Origin: Myxococcota bacterium
Lineage (GTDB): Bacteria; Myxococcota_A; UBA796; CAJQPC01
Assembly (NCBI GenBank): GCA_036229005.1
Contig: JAZAMN010000014.1
Span: 39,785-103,784 of the forward strand
DNA length: 64,000 nt
Reading direction: 5' to 3'
The position numbers and the translations under genes are program-made. The notes below the pieces were generated by a model that saw nothing but the letters and a program-made list of their open reading frames with translations, did no database searches and was not told the origin of the DNA. Below, piece by piece: positions 51,553 through 61,156 of the stretch; within the stretch, counting starts at the first letter, position 1, and the number at the start of each line of letters is the position of its first letter.

Positions 51553-53823
51553 GTGGAGCTCGCCCCATCGGCGCCGCTGCTCTTGGGGCGCTCTGCGGAG
51601 CGACGCGCCCTGCAGCAGGCGCTCTCCCGCTCCCACAGCTCCAAGCACCTGCAGCTCGTTCAGCTCAAGGGTCCCCCTGGGGCTGGGCGCACGGCGCTGC
51701 TGGACGATCTGGAGCGCCACGCCCGCAGTGAGGGCTGCGCGGTGCTGCGCTCGGCGGAGCAGGATCCCTCGGGGGAGGCCTACGAGCCGGGGCGTATGGT
51801 GGCCCGGCACCTGGGGCTGGGCGGCCTGCGGGGCGGGGCGCTGGACTCGGCGTTCTTGCGTGCGGTGCGGGACTGGGGCTGGGGCGAGCCCCTGGTGCTG
51901 GACGGGCTGAGGCGGCTGGTGCAGCCCCACGTGCGCTTCCCGGATCCTCGGGACGGCGTGATGCGCGCCGGGTTCGTCATCTCCTTCCTGGAGCTGCTGG
52001 CGGCCCGCCACAGCGGCGGGGTGGTGCTGATCCTGCAGGACCTGCACTGGCAGCAGGACTGCCTGAGCTTTGCGCTGCACCTGGCCCAGGAGGAGTTGGA
52101 TCTGCCTGTGCTGCTGGTGACCTCGTTTCGGGAGGGTGTGCTCCCCTGGCGGTCGCGGGAGGCCCGGCTGCTGGAGCGGTTGGGGCGGATGTCCAACTGC
52201 ATGACGGTCCGCTTGGGCCCCATCCCTGGACCCGAGGCGCTGGCCCTGGCCCGCAGGATGGGCCTGTCCTCGACGGACGCGGCGCGGGCTGCGCAGCTCT
52301 CCGGGGGCAAGCTGGAGACGCTGGTCGAGCTGTGCAGGGACCGGCGGGAGCGCGAGGAGCTGCTCCTGGAGTCGGAGCCCGAGGAGATCCAGTCCAAGCG
52401 CCTGGCCCTGAGCGTCGACCCCGGCGGAGAGGGGCACCGCAGCCTGGAGATCGCGGCGGTGCTGGGGCTCAGCGTGGACCGGCAGCAGTGGGCGCGCGCC
52501 TGTGAGCTGCTGGGGGTGTCGGTCCCCGAGGGGCTGCTGGCCTCGCTGTACCGACGCAGGCTGCTGATTCGGAAGGGCTCGGGCTTTGCGTTCCGACGCC
52601 GGGCGCTGCACCGGGCTCTGCTGCGCTCCGTCCGGGCGCAAGGGCGGCTCGCGCGGCTCAGTCAGGTGGCGGCCTCGGCGACGGTGGGGGTGCGGGACGC
52701 GGGCACCCTGGAGCGGCGGGCGGGGTACCTGGAGCACTCCGGGCGGCCCGCGGAGGCGGCGAGCTGCCTGATGATGGCCGCGCAGACGCGCTTGAAGGCG
52801 GGGGACCACGTGAACGCGGTCCGGCTGCTGGAGCGGCGCGAGTCCCTGATGGCCCGGCTGTCCTGGGCCGACGAGGTCTCCCGGGCGCAGGGGCTGATCC
52901 TGGAGGCGACCGCTCTGGAGCGGCGCGGGCGCCCTGAGGAGGCCTACGAGGTCGCGGTCCAGGCCGAGCGACGGGCCCGCTACAGCGGCGACAAGGAGCT
53001 CTGGATCGCGGCGCTGGTGTGTCTGGCGACGGTGCTCAGGGGCCGGGGGGAGATGGGCCGGGCCATGTCCTGCGTCCGGAACGCCCGGGCGGCGCTGGGG
53101 CGGAAGCGGGCCTCGGTCGCGCTGCAGCTTGAGGAGGCGGAGATCCGAGCCGCCCTGGGTGACGCCGCGGGGGCCCTCAAGCTGGTGGACCTGTTGTTGC
53201 CGGCCGCCTCCGATCTACAGGCGGCGCGGGCGCTGGGCGTGCGGGCCCGGGCGCTGCTGCTGCGCGAGGATCTGGAGTCAGCCGGAGAGGCGCTGGACCA
53301 GGCCGAGACGCGGGCCTGGAGCGCCCAGAGCGCGACGGAGGCCGTGGAGCTGCAGATCCTGCGGGCCCACCTGCTGGACCTCTGCGGGGACCGCAGCGGA
53401 GCCCTGCGCACGATGGAGACGGCGGGCCGGCTGGTGCGCCGCACGGGACTGCAGAATGCGGCGATTCCGGATCTCTTCATGGGCGCCCGGCTGCTGGAGA
53501 GCGGACAGGCCGCCCAGGCCCAGGGACTGCTGGAGCGGGCGGGGGTCTGGCTGGAGCGGCGCGGTCGGCGGGATGAGGAGGGGCTGGCGCGCCTTCTGGA
53601 GGCCTCGGCCCACATCGCCCAACAGCGGTACGCGCGCGGAGAGGAGCTGGTCAGCGTCGCCGAGGCACTGCTGGGCGGCGGCGAGGCGGCCTCCGACCGG
53701 GTGCTCCTGGCGCTGCAGGCGGCCCACAAGCAGGCGCGTCAGGCGCGTCAGGGGGTGTTGGGCGAGGCCGTGGGCCGGGCGATGGAGCGCCAGGAGCGGC
53801 TGCTGGGCCAGGCGGGGTACTGA
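51553..53823 (+). CDS. AAA_16/STAND-like P-loop ATPase with helical (TPR-like) C-terminus
   Basis: LLGR..ER, Walker A GPPGAGRT, Walker B LILQDLHW, helical repeats. Confidence 0.75.
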   Translation: MELAPSAPLLLGRSAERRALQQALSRSHSSKHLQLVQLKGPPGAGRTALLDDLERHARSEGCAVLRSAEQDPSGEAYEPGRMVARHLGLGGLRGGALDSAFLRAVRDWGWGEPLVLDGLRRLVQPHVRFPDPRDGVMRAGFVISFLELLAARHSGGVVLILQDLHWQQDCLSFALHLAQEELDLPVLLVTSFREGVLPWRSREARLLERLGRMSNCMTVRLGPIPGPEALALARRMGLSSTDAARAAQLSGGKLETLVELCRDRREREELLLESEPEEIQSKRLALSVDPGGEGHRSLEIAAVLGLSVDRQQWARACELLGVSVPEGLLASLYRRRLLIRKGSGFAFRRRALHRALLRSVRAQGRLARLSQVAASATVGVRDAGTLERRAGYLEHSGRPAEAASCLMMAAQTRLKAGDHVNAVRLLERRESLMARLSWADEVSRAQGLILEATALERRGRPEEAYEVAVQAERRARYSGDKELWIAALVCLATVLRGRGEMGRAMSCVRNARAALGRKRASVALQLEEAEIRAALGDAAGALKLVDLLLPAASDLQAARALGVRARALLLREDLESAGEALDQAETRAWSAQSATEAVELQILRAHLLDLCGDRSGALRTMETAGRLVRRTGLQNAAIPDLFMGARLLESGQAAQAQGLLERAGVWLERRGRRDEEGLARLLEASAHIAQQRYARGEELVSVAEALLGGGEAASDRVLLALQAAHKQARQARQGVLGEAVGRAMERQERLLGQAGY

Positions 53824-53833
53824 GCCCCGGGCG

Positions 53834-55936
53834 CTACCAGCCGCTCGAGAGGCTGACGTAGGTGCGGCCGTAGCCCGCGGCGTAGCCGGGCTCGCCGACC
53901 ACGAGGTCCGGCAGGCCGTCGCCGTCGAAGTCTCCGGTGGCGAGCTCCACGCCGGTGCTGTCTTCGGTCGAGGGGCCGCGCCAGTGCATGATCGCGGCGT
54001 CCTCCCAGTCGCTCAGGCCGGCCACGCTCAGGTCCGCGCCGGAGACCAGGTAGATGTCGCCCTTTCCCAGGTAGCCGGAGACGGCGTCGGGCTGGACCAG
54101 GAGCAGGTCGTCGGCGCCATCCCCGTCCACGTCGCCGGCGTTGTGCATGGTGTAGCCCAGCAGGCCGTCGAGTCGGCTGCCGTCGGTCCAACTGTCGGCC
54201 TCGGCGCTGACGTCCTGGACGCCGCCGATCATGTCGGCTCCGGCGTTGGAGAAGAAGTAGACGGCGCCCGCCAGATCCTGTGCACCTTGGGTGCTGTTGT
54301 AGCCGCTCACCACAAGGTCCTGGATCCCGTCCCCGTCGAAGTCACCCTCGACCATCCGGAACCCGAACTGGCTGCTCTCCTGCCCCACGGCCGAGCTGTC
54401 GATGAGGTCGTCCAGGCTCACCTCTGTGTCAGCGCCGCTGGCCAGCGCACCGATGAAGTCCATGCGGCCCTCGAGCGCGTAGTCCCCGGTGTCCGCGGTG
54501 TCGCCGAGGTCGCTGGTGTACGCACTGGAGAGCACCACCAGATCCGGGCTGCCGTCGCCGTCCAGGTCGTCGGTGACGCCCGCCCAGGAGAGCTGGTAGG
54601 GCTGCCCGGGCTCGATGATGTGGGAGACCTCCTCCACCATCTCCAGGTCCCCGGAGTAGTCGCCGCCGGGCAGGATGACGACGCGCTCTTCGTAGTCGAA
54701 GGTGCTCTGGGTGGAGCTCCCGACCGTGAAGATGGCGTCCACCGCGCCGTCGCCGTCCACGTCGCCCAGGGAGAGCGTGCCGCTGGAGACGGAGGGGACG
54801 TCGGGCTCCACGCCCAGCTCCAGGCTGAGCTCGGCGTCCGCGTCGTAGCTGTCCAGTGCGGCCGCGAGCTGGGTGCCGTTGCCGTAGTAGACCAGCAGCC
54901 CGAACTGCTGCACGTAGGTGCTGCCGTAGTTGATCTCCCCGCGCTGGAAGAGCAGGTCGTTGTACCCGTCGCCGTCAAAGTCCACGCAGCCTGGGGAGAA
55001 GCCCACGAAGCCGAAGGTGTCGCCGGTGATCACCGCGTCCGCGTCGGCCATCGCCATGCCGCTGGTCCAGGTGCTGGCGTTCGCTCCGTAGAACACGCCC
55101 ACCTGGCCCGAGTAGCTGGACCCGAAGGGGGCGCCGACCACCAGGTCGTCCAGGCCGTCGTGGTCCAGGTCGCAGACGGTGACTCCGCGCCCGAGCAGCG
55201 CGTTGGTCGCCCCGCTGGTGTCGCCGGCGATGATGACGTCCGCGTCGTCCAGATCGAAGCGCGCGCCGTCCTTGCCGTCGCAGTCGGCGTCCAGGCCGTC
55301 CACCAGGTAGTCGCTGGCGTCCGGGTTCACCGCGGGGTCGCTGTCGTCGCAGTCCTCGCCGCCCTCGGCCGCGTCGTCGTAGCCGTCGCCGTCGGCGTCC
55401 AGCAGGTCCAGGCCGTCGCAGTCCTGGTCGATGCCATCCTTGGCGATCTCGGCCGCGCCGGGGAACACGGTCGCGTCGCTGTCGTCGCAGTCGGTCCCGC
55501 CGGCTTCGACGGCGTCGTATCCGTCGCCGTCCACGTCCAGCAGGTCCTCGCCGTCGCAGTCCTGGTCGATGCCGTCGTAGGGCAGCTCGGTGGCGCCGAG
55601 GTAGACCCCGGAGTCGGAGTCATCACAGTCCTCTCCTCCCTCGCAGGACTCCGCGTCCAGGTAGCCGTCCCCGTCGGCGTCGAAGCCCTCGTCCACGGCC
55701 TCATCGCAGTTGTTGTCCACGCCATCGCAGATCTCGGTGGCGGCGGGGTGGATGTCGGCGTTGTCGTCGTCGCAGTCGACGTCTTCGGTGTAGCCGTCGG
55801 CGTCCGCGTCCGCCCACTCGGGCTCGGTGTCCAGCGGGATGGTGTCCTCTGGGGGGGCGGTGTCGCGCGGCTCCACATCCTTGGCGCATGCGACCAGGCC
55901 CAGGGCGAGGACGAGGGAAGACAAGGGCAGACGCAC
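53834..55936 (-). CDS. Lipoprotein with MopE-like metal-binding motifs and FG-GAP repeats
   Basis: Lipobox LVAC; DCDD...PxA.E..DGID.DCDG repeats; GDFDGDG..DLVVG blades. Confidence 0.85.
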   Translation of the reverse strand: MRLPLSSLVLALGLVACAKDVEPRDTAPPEDTIPLDTEPEWADADADGYTEDVDCDDDNADIHPAATEICDGVDNNCDEAVDEGFDADGDGYLDAESCEGGEDCDDSDSGVYLGATELPYDGIDQDCDGEDLLDVDGDGYDAVEAGGTDCDDSDATVFPGAAEIAKDGIDQDCDGLDLLDADGDGYDDAAEGGEDCDDSDPAVNPDASDYLVDGLDADCDGKDGARFDLDDADVIIAGDTSGATNALLGRGVTVCDLDHDGLDDLVVGAPFGSSYSGQVGVFYGANASTWTSGMAMADADAVITGDTFGFVGFSPGCVDFDGDGYNDLLFQRGEINYGSTYVQQFGLLVYYGNGTQLAAALDSYDADAELSLELGVEPDVPSVSSGTLSLGDVDGDGAVDAIFTVGSSTQSTFDYEERVVILPGGDYSGDLEMVEEVSHIIEPGQPYQLSWAGVTDDLDGDGSPDLVVLSSAYTSDLGDTADTGDYALEGRMDFIGALASGADTEVSLDDLIDSSAVGQESSQFGFRMVEGDFDGDGIQDLVVSGYNSTQGAQDLAGAVYFFSNAGADMIGGVQDVSAEADSWTDGSRLDGLLGYTMHNAGDVDGDGADDLLLVQPDAVSGYLGKGDIYLVSGADLSVAGLSDWEDAAIMHWRGPSTEDSTGVELATGDFDGDGLPDLVVGEPGYAAGYGRTYVSLSSGW

Positions 55937-55967
55937 GCTCTCTCCAGGCGGGGCCCCAGTCTACACC

Positions 55968-57494
55968 CTATTGACGGCGCCTCCGAAGCCCGACGAGCGC
56001 CAGCGCGCCCAGGACCAGAGCCAGGAAGGAGGCGGGCTCTGCGGTGCTGCTGCAGCCCTGCTCTTCGGTCGTGTCCGTCACGATGACATCGGCCAGGAAG
56101 TCGCAGGCGTCGTCGTCCTCGGAGCCGCTCTCGGCCTCGTCGATGAAGTTGTCGCAGTCGTTGTCGATGCTGTCGCAGTCCTCCTGCGCGCCCGGGAAGC
56201 TCCACGCGTCGTAGTCGTCGCAGTCGCCGTCGGCCTCGGAGTAGCCGTCCTGGTCATCGTCGAAGTTGAAGGTGCCCTCGTCGATGTTGTCGTCGCAGTC
56301 GTTGTCGATCTCGTCGGCCTCCTCCTTGGCGCTGGGGTTGATGGACGCGTCGAGGTCGTCGCAGTCGCCCTGCTGGTTGGTGAAGCCGTCGCCGTCGTCG
56401 TCGAAGCGGCGGGAGTTCTCGTCGACGTTGCCGTCGCAGTCGTCGTCGATCTTGTTGTTCTTGTCCTCTTCTGCGTCGGGGCTCACGGCGGGGTCGTCGT
56501 CGTTGCAGTCGCCCGCGTTCTCGGAGTAGCCGTCGCCGTCGTCGTCCTTGGAGACCTGGTCGGCGGCTTCGTCCACGACGCCGTCGCAGTCGTCGTCCAT
56601 GCCGTTGGCGACCTCCTGCGCGTCGGGGTGCACGCCGGAGAGCAGGTCGTCGCAGTCGTCGCCGCAGGAGATGAAGCCGTCGCCGTCCTGGTCCCAGGTC
56701 TCGTCCAGGCTGTCGGGGCACTGGTTGCCGACCAGGGTGACCTCGGGCTCGCCGTCGGGGTCCGAGGTGATGAGGGTGAGGGTGGCGCGCTCGGCGTTGC
56801 CGGTGGCGGGGATGTAGCCGACCTCGATGCGCTCGGTGCTGCCGGGGAGGATGTAGACGGGGTCGGGCGTCTCCACGTAGAAGGCGGTGGAGTCGTCGTC
56901 CTCGAAGCCGTAGCCGGCGATGGTCAGGACGACGGAGCCGGTGTTGCGCACCCAGACGTCGTCGTAGAAGGCGCCGCCCACCAGCCGCCGGCCGAAGTCC
57001 AGCTTCTCGGGGTAGGTGGAGCTGCGGGGGTAGCGGGCCAGGCCGCGGAGCTGGAAGATGTGGACGCCGCTGCCGTCGTGGAGGCCGTCCACCGGGTCGA
57101 TCCCGGTCACGCGGTTGTCGTTGGTGTCCAGGTAGACGGTGGCGCGGAAGTAGCCTTCGGTGGTGGGGCGGAAGCTGATCTCCAGCTCCTCGAACACGGA
57201 GAGATCCGTCGCGCCGGGCTCGAACTCCAAGGCGTCCATGACGCCGTCCTCGTCGTCGTCGGTGTTGGCCCAGGAGTCCAGCAGGACAAAGGCCTCCTCC
57301 TCCTGCTCGTTCACGACGGTGATCTGGTCCAGGCGCAGCTCGCCGCTGCCGACGCTGTAGAGGGGCACCCGCACGGTGGTCCGCTCGCCGACGGTGAGGC
57401 CGCCGCCATCGGCCAGAGGGGCGACCTTGAGCTGCCGGCGGCGCTCGGTCACGCTGTAGTCGGGCTGGCAGGCCAGAGCCAGGAGCAGCAGCAT
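55968..57494 (-). CDS. Lipoprotein with Ig-like (ASH-type) domains, MopE-like motifs and MYXO-CTERM tail
   Basis: MLLLLALAC; LDFG..NTG and TSDP Ig-like motifs; DCDD repeats; GCSS-TM-RRRRQ. Confidence 0.8.
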   Translation of the reverse strand: MLLLLALACQPDYSVTERRRQLKVAPLADGGGLTVGERTTVRVPLYSVGSGELRLDQITVVNEQEEEAFVLLDSWANTDDDEDGVMDALEFEPGATDLSVFEELEISFRPTTEGYFRATVYLDTNDNRVTGIDPVDGLHDGSGVHIFQLRGLARYPRSSTYPEKLDFGRRLVGGAFYDDVWVRNTGSVVLTIAGYGFEDDDSTAFYVETPDPVYILPGSTERIEVGYIPATGNAERATLTLITSDPDGEPEVTLVGNQCPDSLDETWDQDGDGFISCGDDCDDLLSGVHPDAQEVANGMDDDCDGVVDEAADQVSKDDDGDGYSENAGDCNDDDPAVSPDAEEDKNNKIDDDCDGNVDENSRRFDDDGDGFTNQQGDCDDLDASINPSAKEEADEIDNDCDDNIDEGTFNFDDDQDGYSEADGDCDDYDAWSFPGAQEDCDSIDNDCDNFIDEAESGSEDDDACDFLADVIVTDTTEEQGCSSTAEPASFLALVLGALALVGLRRRRQ

Positions 57495-57560
57495 CGGGAA
57501 ACCTCCGGCCGCATTTTACACCCTGCTCACCCCATCCGGGCCTGGGCGTGGGGGGGAGGG

Positions 57561-59129
57561 CTACTCGTCGGCCTGCGATTCCTCGGCTTCCTGCTTGAGC
57601 GCCTCGCGCTCTCCGTGCAGCCGGCGGGTCTCGGTGCGCAGGGTCTGGACGGTCTTCTTGTAGAGGAACTGGGCCTGCTGCGGGTTGTCGCCGATGCAGA
57701 CCAGACCCAGCTTGCCGAACTCGGAGAGGGCGCCCATCAGGTGGAACACCACGCCGCGCTCGCTGGCGCCGTGGAAGTGGATGTCGTGGTAGACGGCGAT
57801 GTCGATCAGGTCGTCGGGCGAGAGGCCGCGGTAGAGCGGCGACTGCAGGGTGTCGCTGGCGTAGTAGAACTTGGGACGCCCGGTGGGGGTCAGGAACTGG
57901 CCGGTCTGCCCGTCGTAGGTGCCGTCGGTCAGGAACTTGAGGGTCAGGAAGGGGTGGGTGGTGCCGCCCTTTCGCAGGTTGACCTCGATCGCGTAGTGGA
58001 TCCAGCCGTGCTCGCCGCGCACGGAGACGAAGTCCGTGGCGAAGCGCCCGACCACGCCCTTGGCCGCCAGCACCTCGGCGACCCGCTGGCCGGCGCGCTG
58101 GACCTCCAGGCGGTACTCGGCGTCGGCGGGGAAGGTGCAGCCCAGGAACACCTGCCCGCTGGGGCCTCCGAGCACCTGGTCGTGGGTGGAGATGGTCTGG
58201 GGCTGGCCCAGGGCGTTGACCCGGCACTGGCAGCTCGGGGAGCGCTTGTCCTCGCCCTCGATCCACTGCTCCACGACGCCGCCCATGGCCGCGTACTTGG
58301 CCTTGAAGCTCTCCCAGTGCTCCTGGGGCGCCTCGAAGCGGAGCTTGGGCAGGTTCTCCCGGATCCAGCTCTGGCGGCCCCCGGAGCTGGGGCAGCCCTC
58401 CCAGCGGAACACCGCGTTGCCCTCGCCGGAGAAGCCATCGTTGAGCTTGACGACCGACTTGCGCATGTCCGGGTGGTTGGCCTTGAGCGCCTCCAGGGCC
58501 TCGACGATGTCGTCCTCGCTGTGGAGGCGCTCGTATCCGTCGGGGAAGGTGACGCCGGCCTCGCGGAAGATCTCGCGGCAGCCGGACTTGGTGCCCAGGT
58601 CCCAGAGCGCGGGGTCGGTCGCGTACAGCGGCAAGCCCAGGGCCACCGCCAGGGAGCGCTCGATGGCGGTGGAGTTGAAGACGCTCAGGTGGGCGCTGTC
58701 CGTGTCGGGCAAGGCGGCCAGGATGCGCTGCTGCAGGCGGGGGCGGTCCAGCACCTTCTGGGACAGCGGGGTGGGGGAGGCGTCCAGGGCGCTGAGCAGC
58801 ACCAGGCGCTTGCGGGCGTGGTTGCCCGGGACCCCGGCCAGGAGCTGCAGATAGTAGTCGACGATGTCCGGGTTCAGCGGCTGCGAGGTCACGTAGACCA
58901 GGCGCAGGTTGGGCCGCCGCAGGAGCATCAGCATGTAGAGCAGGCGCTCTTCGTAGTGGTGCACCCCGCTGACCTTCTCGAGCTCGGTCGGGTCCAGCGT
59001 CAGGCTGGGGATGACCACCACGGAGTGGTGCTTGCGCGGGTCTTCGACCACCTCCTGGAAGAGGGTGGGCAGGCGCTGCTGGATCCGCACGAAGGCGGCC
59101 AGCTCTTCCGGGGAGCCGGGGGTGAACAT
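57561..59129 (-). CDS. PGM1-related ATP-grasp peptide ligase
   Basis: HYEERLL, LGTKSG.R..F, VVKLNDGFSGEGN, THDQVLGG, EVNLRKGGTTHP, C-terminal YYASD...GVVFHL...GKLG. Confidence 0.85.
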   Translation of the reverse strand: MFTPGSPEELAAFVRIQQRLPTLFQEVVEDPRKHHSVVVIPSLTLDPTELEKVSGVHHYEERLLYMLMLLRRPNLRLVYVTSQPLNPDIVDYYLQLLAGVPGNHARKRLVLLSALDASPTPLSQKVLDRPRLQQRILAALPDTDSAHLSVFNSTAIERSLAVALGLPLYATDPALWDLGTKSGCREIFREAGVTFPDGYERLHSEDDIVEALEALKANHPDMRKSVVKLNDGFSGEGNAVFRWEGCPSSGGRQSWIRENLPKLRFEAPQEHWESFKAKYAAMGGVVEQWIEGEDKRSPSCQCRVNALGQPQTISTHDQVLGGPSGQVFLGCTFPADAEYRLEVQRAGQRVAEVLAAKGVVGRFATDFVSVRGEHGWIHYAIEVNLRKGGTTHPFLTLKFLTDGTYDGQTGQFLTPTGRPKFYYASDTLQSPLYRGLSPDDLIDIAVYHDIHFHGASERGVVFHLMGALSEFGKLGLVCIGDNPQQAQFLYKKTVQTLRTETRRLHGEREALKQEAEESQADE

Positions 59130-59196
59130 TCGCCGATGCTACCGCGACGCGTGTTGTGCCGTCATCTGGGGGCTGCCCCTGTGCTATGCCGGGTCC

Positions 59197-59580
59197 ATGG
59201 ACATCCAGACCCACCCCGACATCGACCGCGCGCTCTGCGGGCAGCCCACCCTGGTGGAGCCGGGCCGCGCCGTGGTCCAGCTCACCACCACCGAGCGCAT
59301 GCGCGTGGACGCCAAGGGGCTGGTCCACGGGGGCTTCGTGTTCGGCGCCGCGGACCACGCCGCGATGCTGGCGGTCAACGACCCGAACGTCGTGCTCGGG
59401 AGCACCTCGCTTCGCTTCACAGCCCCCGTCAGAGTGGGGGAGACCGTGGCCTGCGAGGCGGTGATCCACACCGCTGAGGGCAGAAAGCGTGTCCTCTCCA
59501 TCTCTGCACGCGTGGGCCCAAGCGAGGTGCTGCGTGGTGAGATGACGGCGTTCGTCCTGGACAAGCACGTCCTGGACTGA
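59197..59580 (+). CDS. PaaI-like hotdog-fold thioesterase
   Basis: GLVHGGFVFGAAD and FTAPVRVG. Confidence 0.88.
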   Translation: MDIQTHPDIDRALCGQPTLVEPGRAVVQLTTTERMRVDAKGLVHGGFVFGAADHAAMLAVNDPNVVLGSTSLRFTAPVRVGETVACEAVIHTAEGRKRVLSISARVGPSEVLRGEMTAFVLDKHVLD

Positions 59581-59615
59581 GAGGGGAGTGCGCCCCCCAA
59601 AGGGAGCTGCGGGGG

Positions 59616-61070
59616 CTACTTTCCGGTGCCCGCGATGACCGCGTAGGGGGTCTTGAGCAGCAGCTTGAGATCCAGGAACAAGCTCCAGTTGTCGATGTAC
59701 TGGAGGTCGAGCTTCATCCAGGTCTTGAAGTCGATGTTGTTGCGGCCGCTGACCTGCCAGATGCAGGTGATGCCGGGCTTCATGCTCAGGCGGCGCATCT
59801 GCCAGCGCTCGTACTGGGCGACCTCGGCGGGGATGGGGGGGCGGGGGCCGACCAGGCTCATCTCGCCCACGAGCACGTTCCAGAACTGGGGGAACTCGTC
59901 CAGGGAGGTCTTGCGGATGAAGCGGCCCACGCGGGTGATCCGGGGGTCGTGGGTCATCTTGAAGACGGGGCCGTCCATCTCGTTCTCGGCCTGCAGCTTG
60001 GCCTTGAGGGCTTCTGCGTTGGAGACCATGGAGCGGAACTTCCACATCTTGAAGGTGCGGCCGTAGAGCCCGCTGCGCTCCTGGCCGAAGAACACGCCGC
60101 CGGCGGGGTCCTCCAGCTTGATGGCGATGGCGATGGCGGCCATCATCGGGGCGCTCACGAGCAGCGCCAGGGACGCCAGGGTGATGTCCATGACGCGCTT
60201 GATGAACAGGGCCTCGGCGTTCCGGGGGGTGGCCGAGAAGGAGATGATGGGGCGGCCCTCGACCTCGGTGAGCTCGGCCTGGGCGACGCGCAGGCCCAGG
60301 AAGTTGGCGTCCATGGAGAACTCGACGCCCAGCTCCTCGCAGGAGTCGGCGACGCGGCGCAGGGTGGCGACGTCCCAGGCGCGGCCGGTCAGGTAGACCT
60401 GGTGGACGGGGAGCTCTTCGAGCAGGCGGGCCAGGTCGCGGACGCGGCCCAGGACCTTGTAGGCTGCCACGGAGGACTCGCGGTCCTGCTCCTGGTCGGG
60501 GTGCACCACGCCCAGCACGTGCAGGCCCCACTCCTTGTGGTCCTCCAGCGCCTGGATGTAGGGGAGGGCCTCGCCGGCGGTGCCGACGATGAGCACGTTG
60601 TGCTGGTCCAGGCCGCTGCGCGCGCGGGAGCGGGTCCAGGCCAGCATGCTGCGGCGGGCGACGAACACGCCGATCAGCGAGAAGACGAAGAAGCCCAGGA
60701 AGAGGGTTCGGCTGAGGACCGCGACCGACTGGAAGAGGAAGAGCACGCCCAGGGAGAGCGAGGCGCCCAGCAGCACACCCGAGAAGATGCGGATGAGCAG
60801 GATGTCGGTGCGCATGCGGCGCAGGCCGTCGTAGGTCTTGGTCCAGCTCAGGCCGATCAGCCAGGCGGGGAGGAAGACCAGCAGCATCTCCAGGTGGGGC
60901 TCGACGGAGAGGTCCTGGAGGGTGCGCTCGGCGCCGGGGAAGAGGTCGAAGGGCCAGTGCTCCCGGGCCACCATGCGGGTGGCCAGGGCGAAGAGGTAGG
61001 CCGCGGCGATGACGAGGCCGTCTACGAGTCGGGCGCCCAGCTTGAGCGCTGCGTTTTGTTCGCGCTGCAT
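59616..61070 (-). CDS. Polyprenyl glycosylphosphotransferase (WcaJ/WbaP-like sugar transferase)
   Basis: KRVMDI, KFRSM, DPRITRVG, SLDEFPQFWNV..GEMSLVGPRP, WQVSGR. Confidence 0.95.
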   Translation of the reverse strand: MQREQNAALKLGARLVDGLVIAAAYLFALATRMVAREHWPFDLFPGAERTLQDLSVEPHLEMLLVFLPAWLIGLSWTKTYDGLRRMRTDILLIRIFSGVLLGASLSLGVLFLFQSVAVLSRTLFLGFFVFSLIGVFVARRSMLAWTRSRARSGLDQHNVLIVGTAGEALPYIQALEDHKEWGLHVLGVVHPDQEQDRESSVAAYKVLGRVRDLARLLEELPVHQVYLTGRAWDVATLRRVADSCEELGVEFSMDANFLGLRVAQAELTEVEGRPIISFSATPRNAEALFIKRVMDITLASLALLVSAPMMAAIAIAIKLEDPAGGVFFGQERSGLYGRTFKMWKFRSMVSNAEALKAKLQAENEMDGPVFKMTHDPRITRVGRFIRKTSLDEFPQFWNVLVGEMSLVGPRPPIPAEVAQYERWQMRRLSMKPGITCIWQVSGRNNIDFKTWMKLDLQYIDNWSLFLDLKLLLKTPYAVIAGTGK

Positions 61071-61156
61071 TCTTCCCTGCCGGTGTGCGTTTCTCCAGGG
61101 TATCCCCAGGATGGCGGGGCTGCATGGCCCGACGAAACCCTGACACGTGGTGGAGC

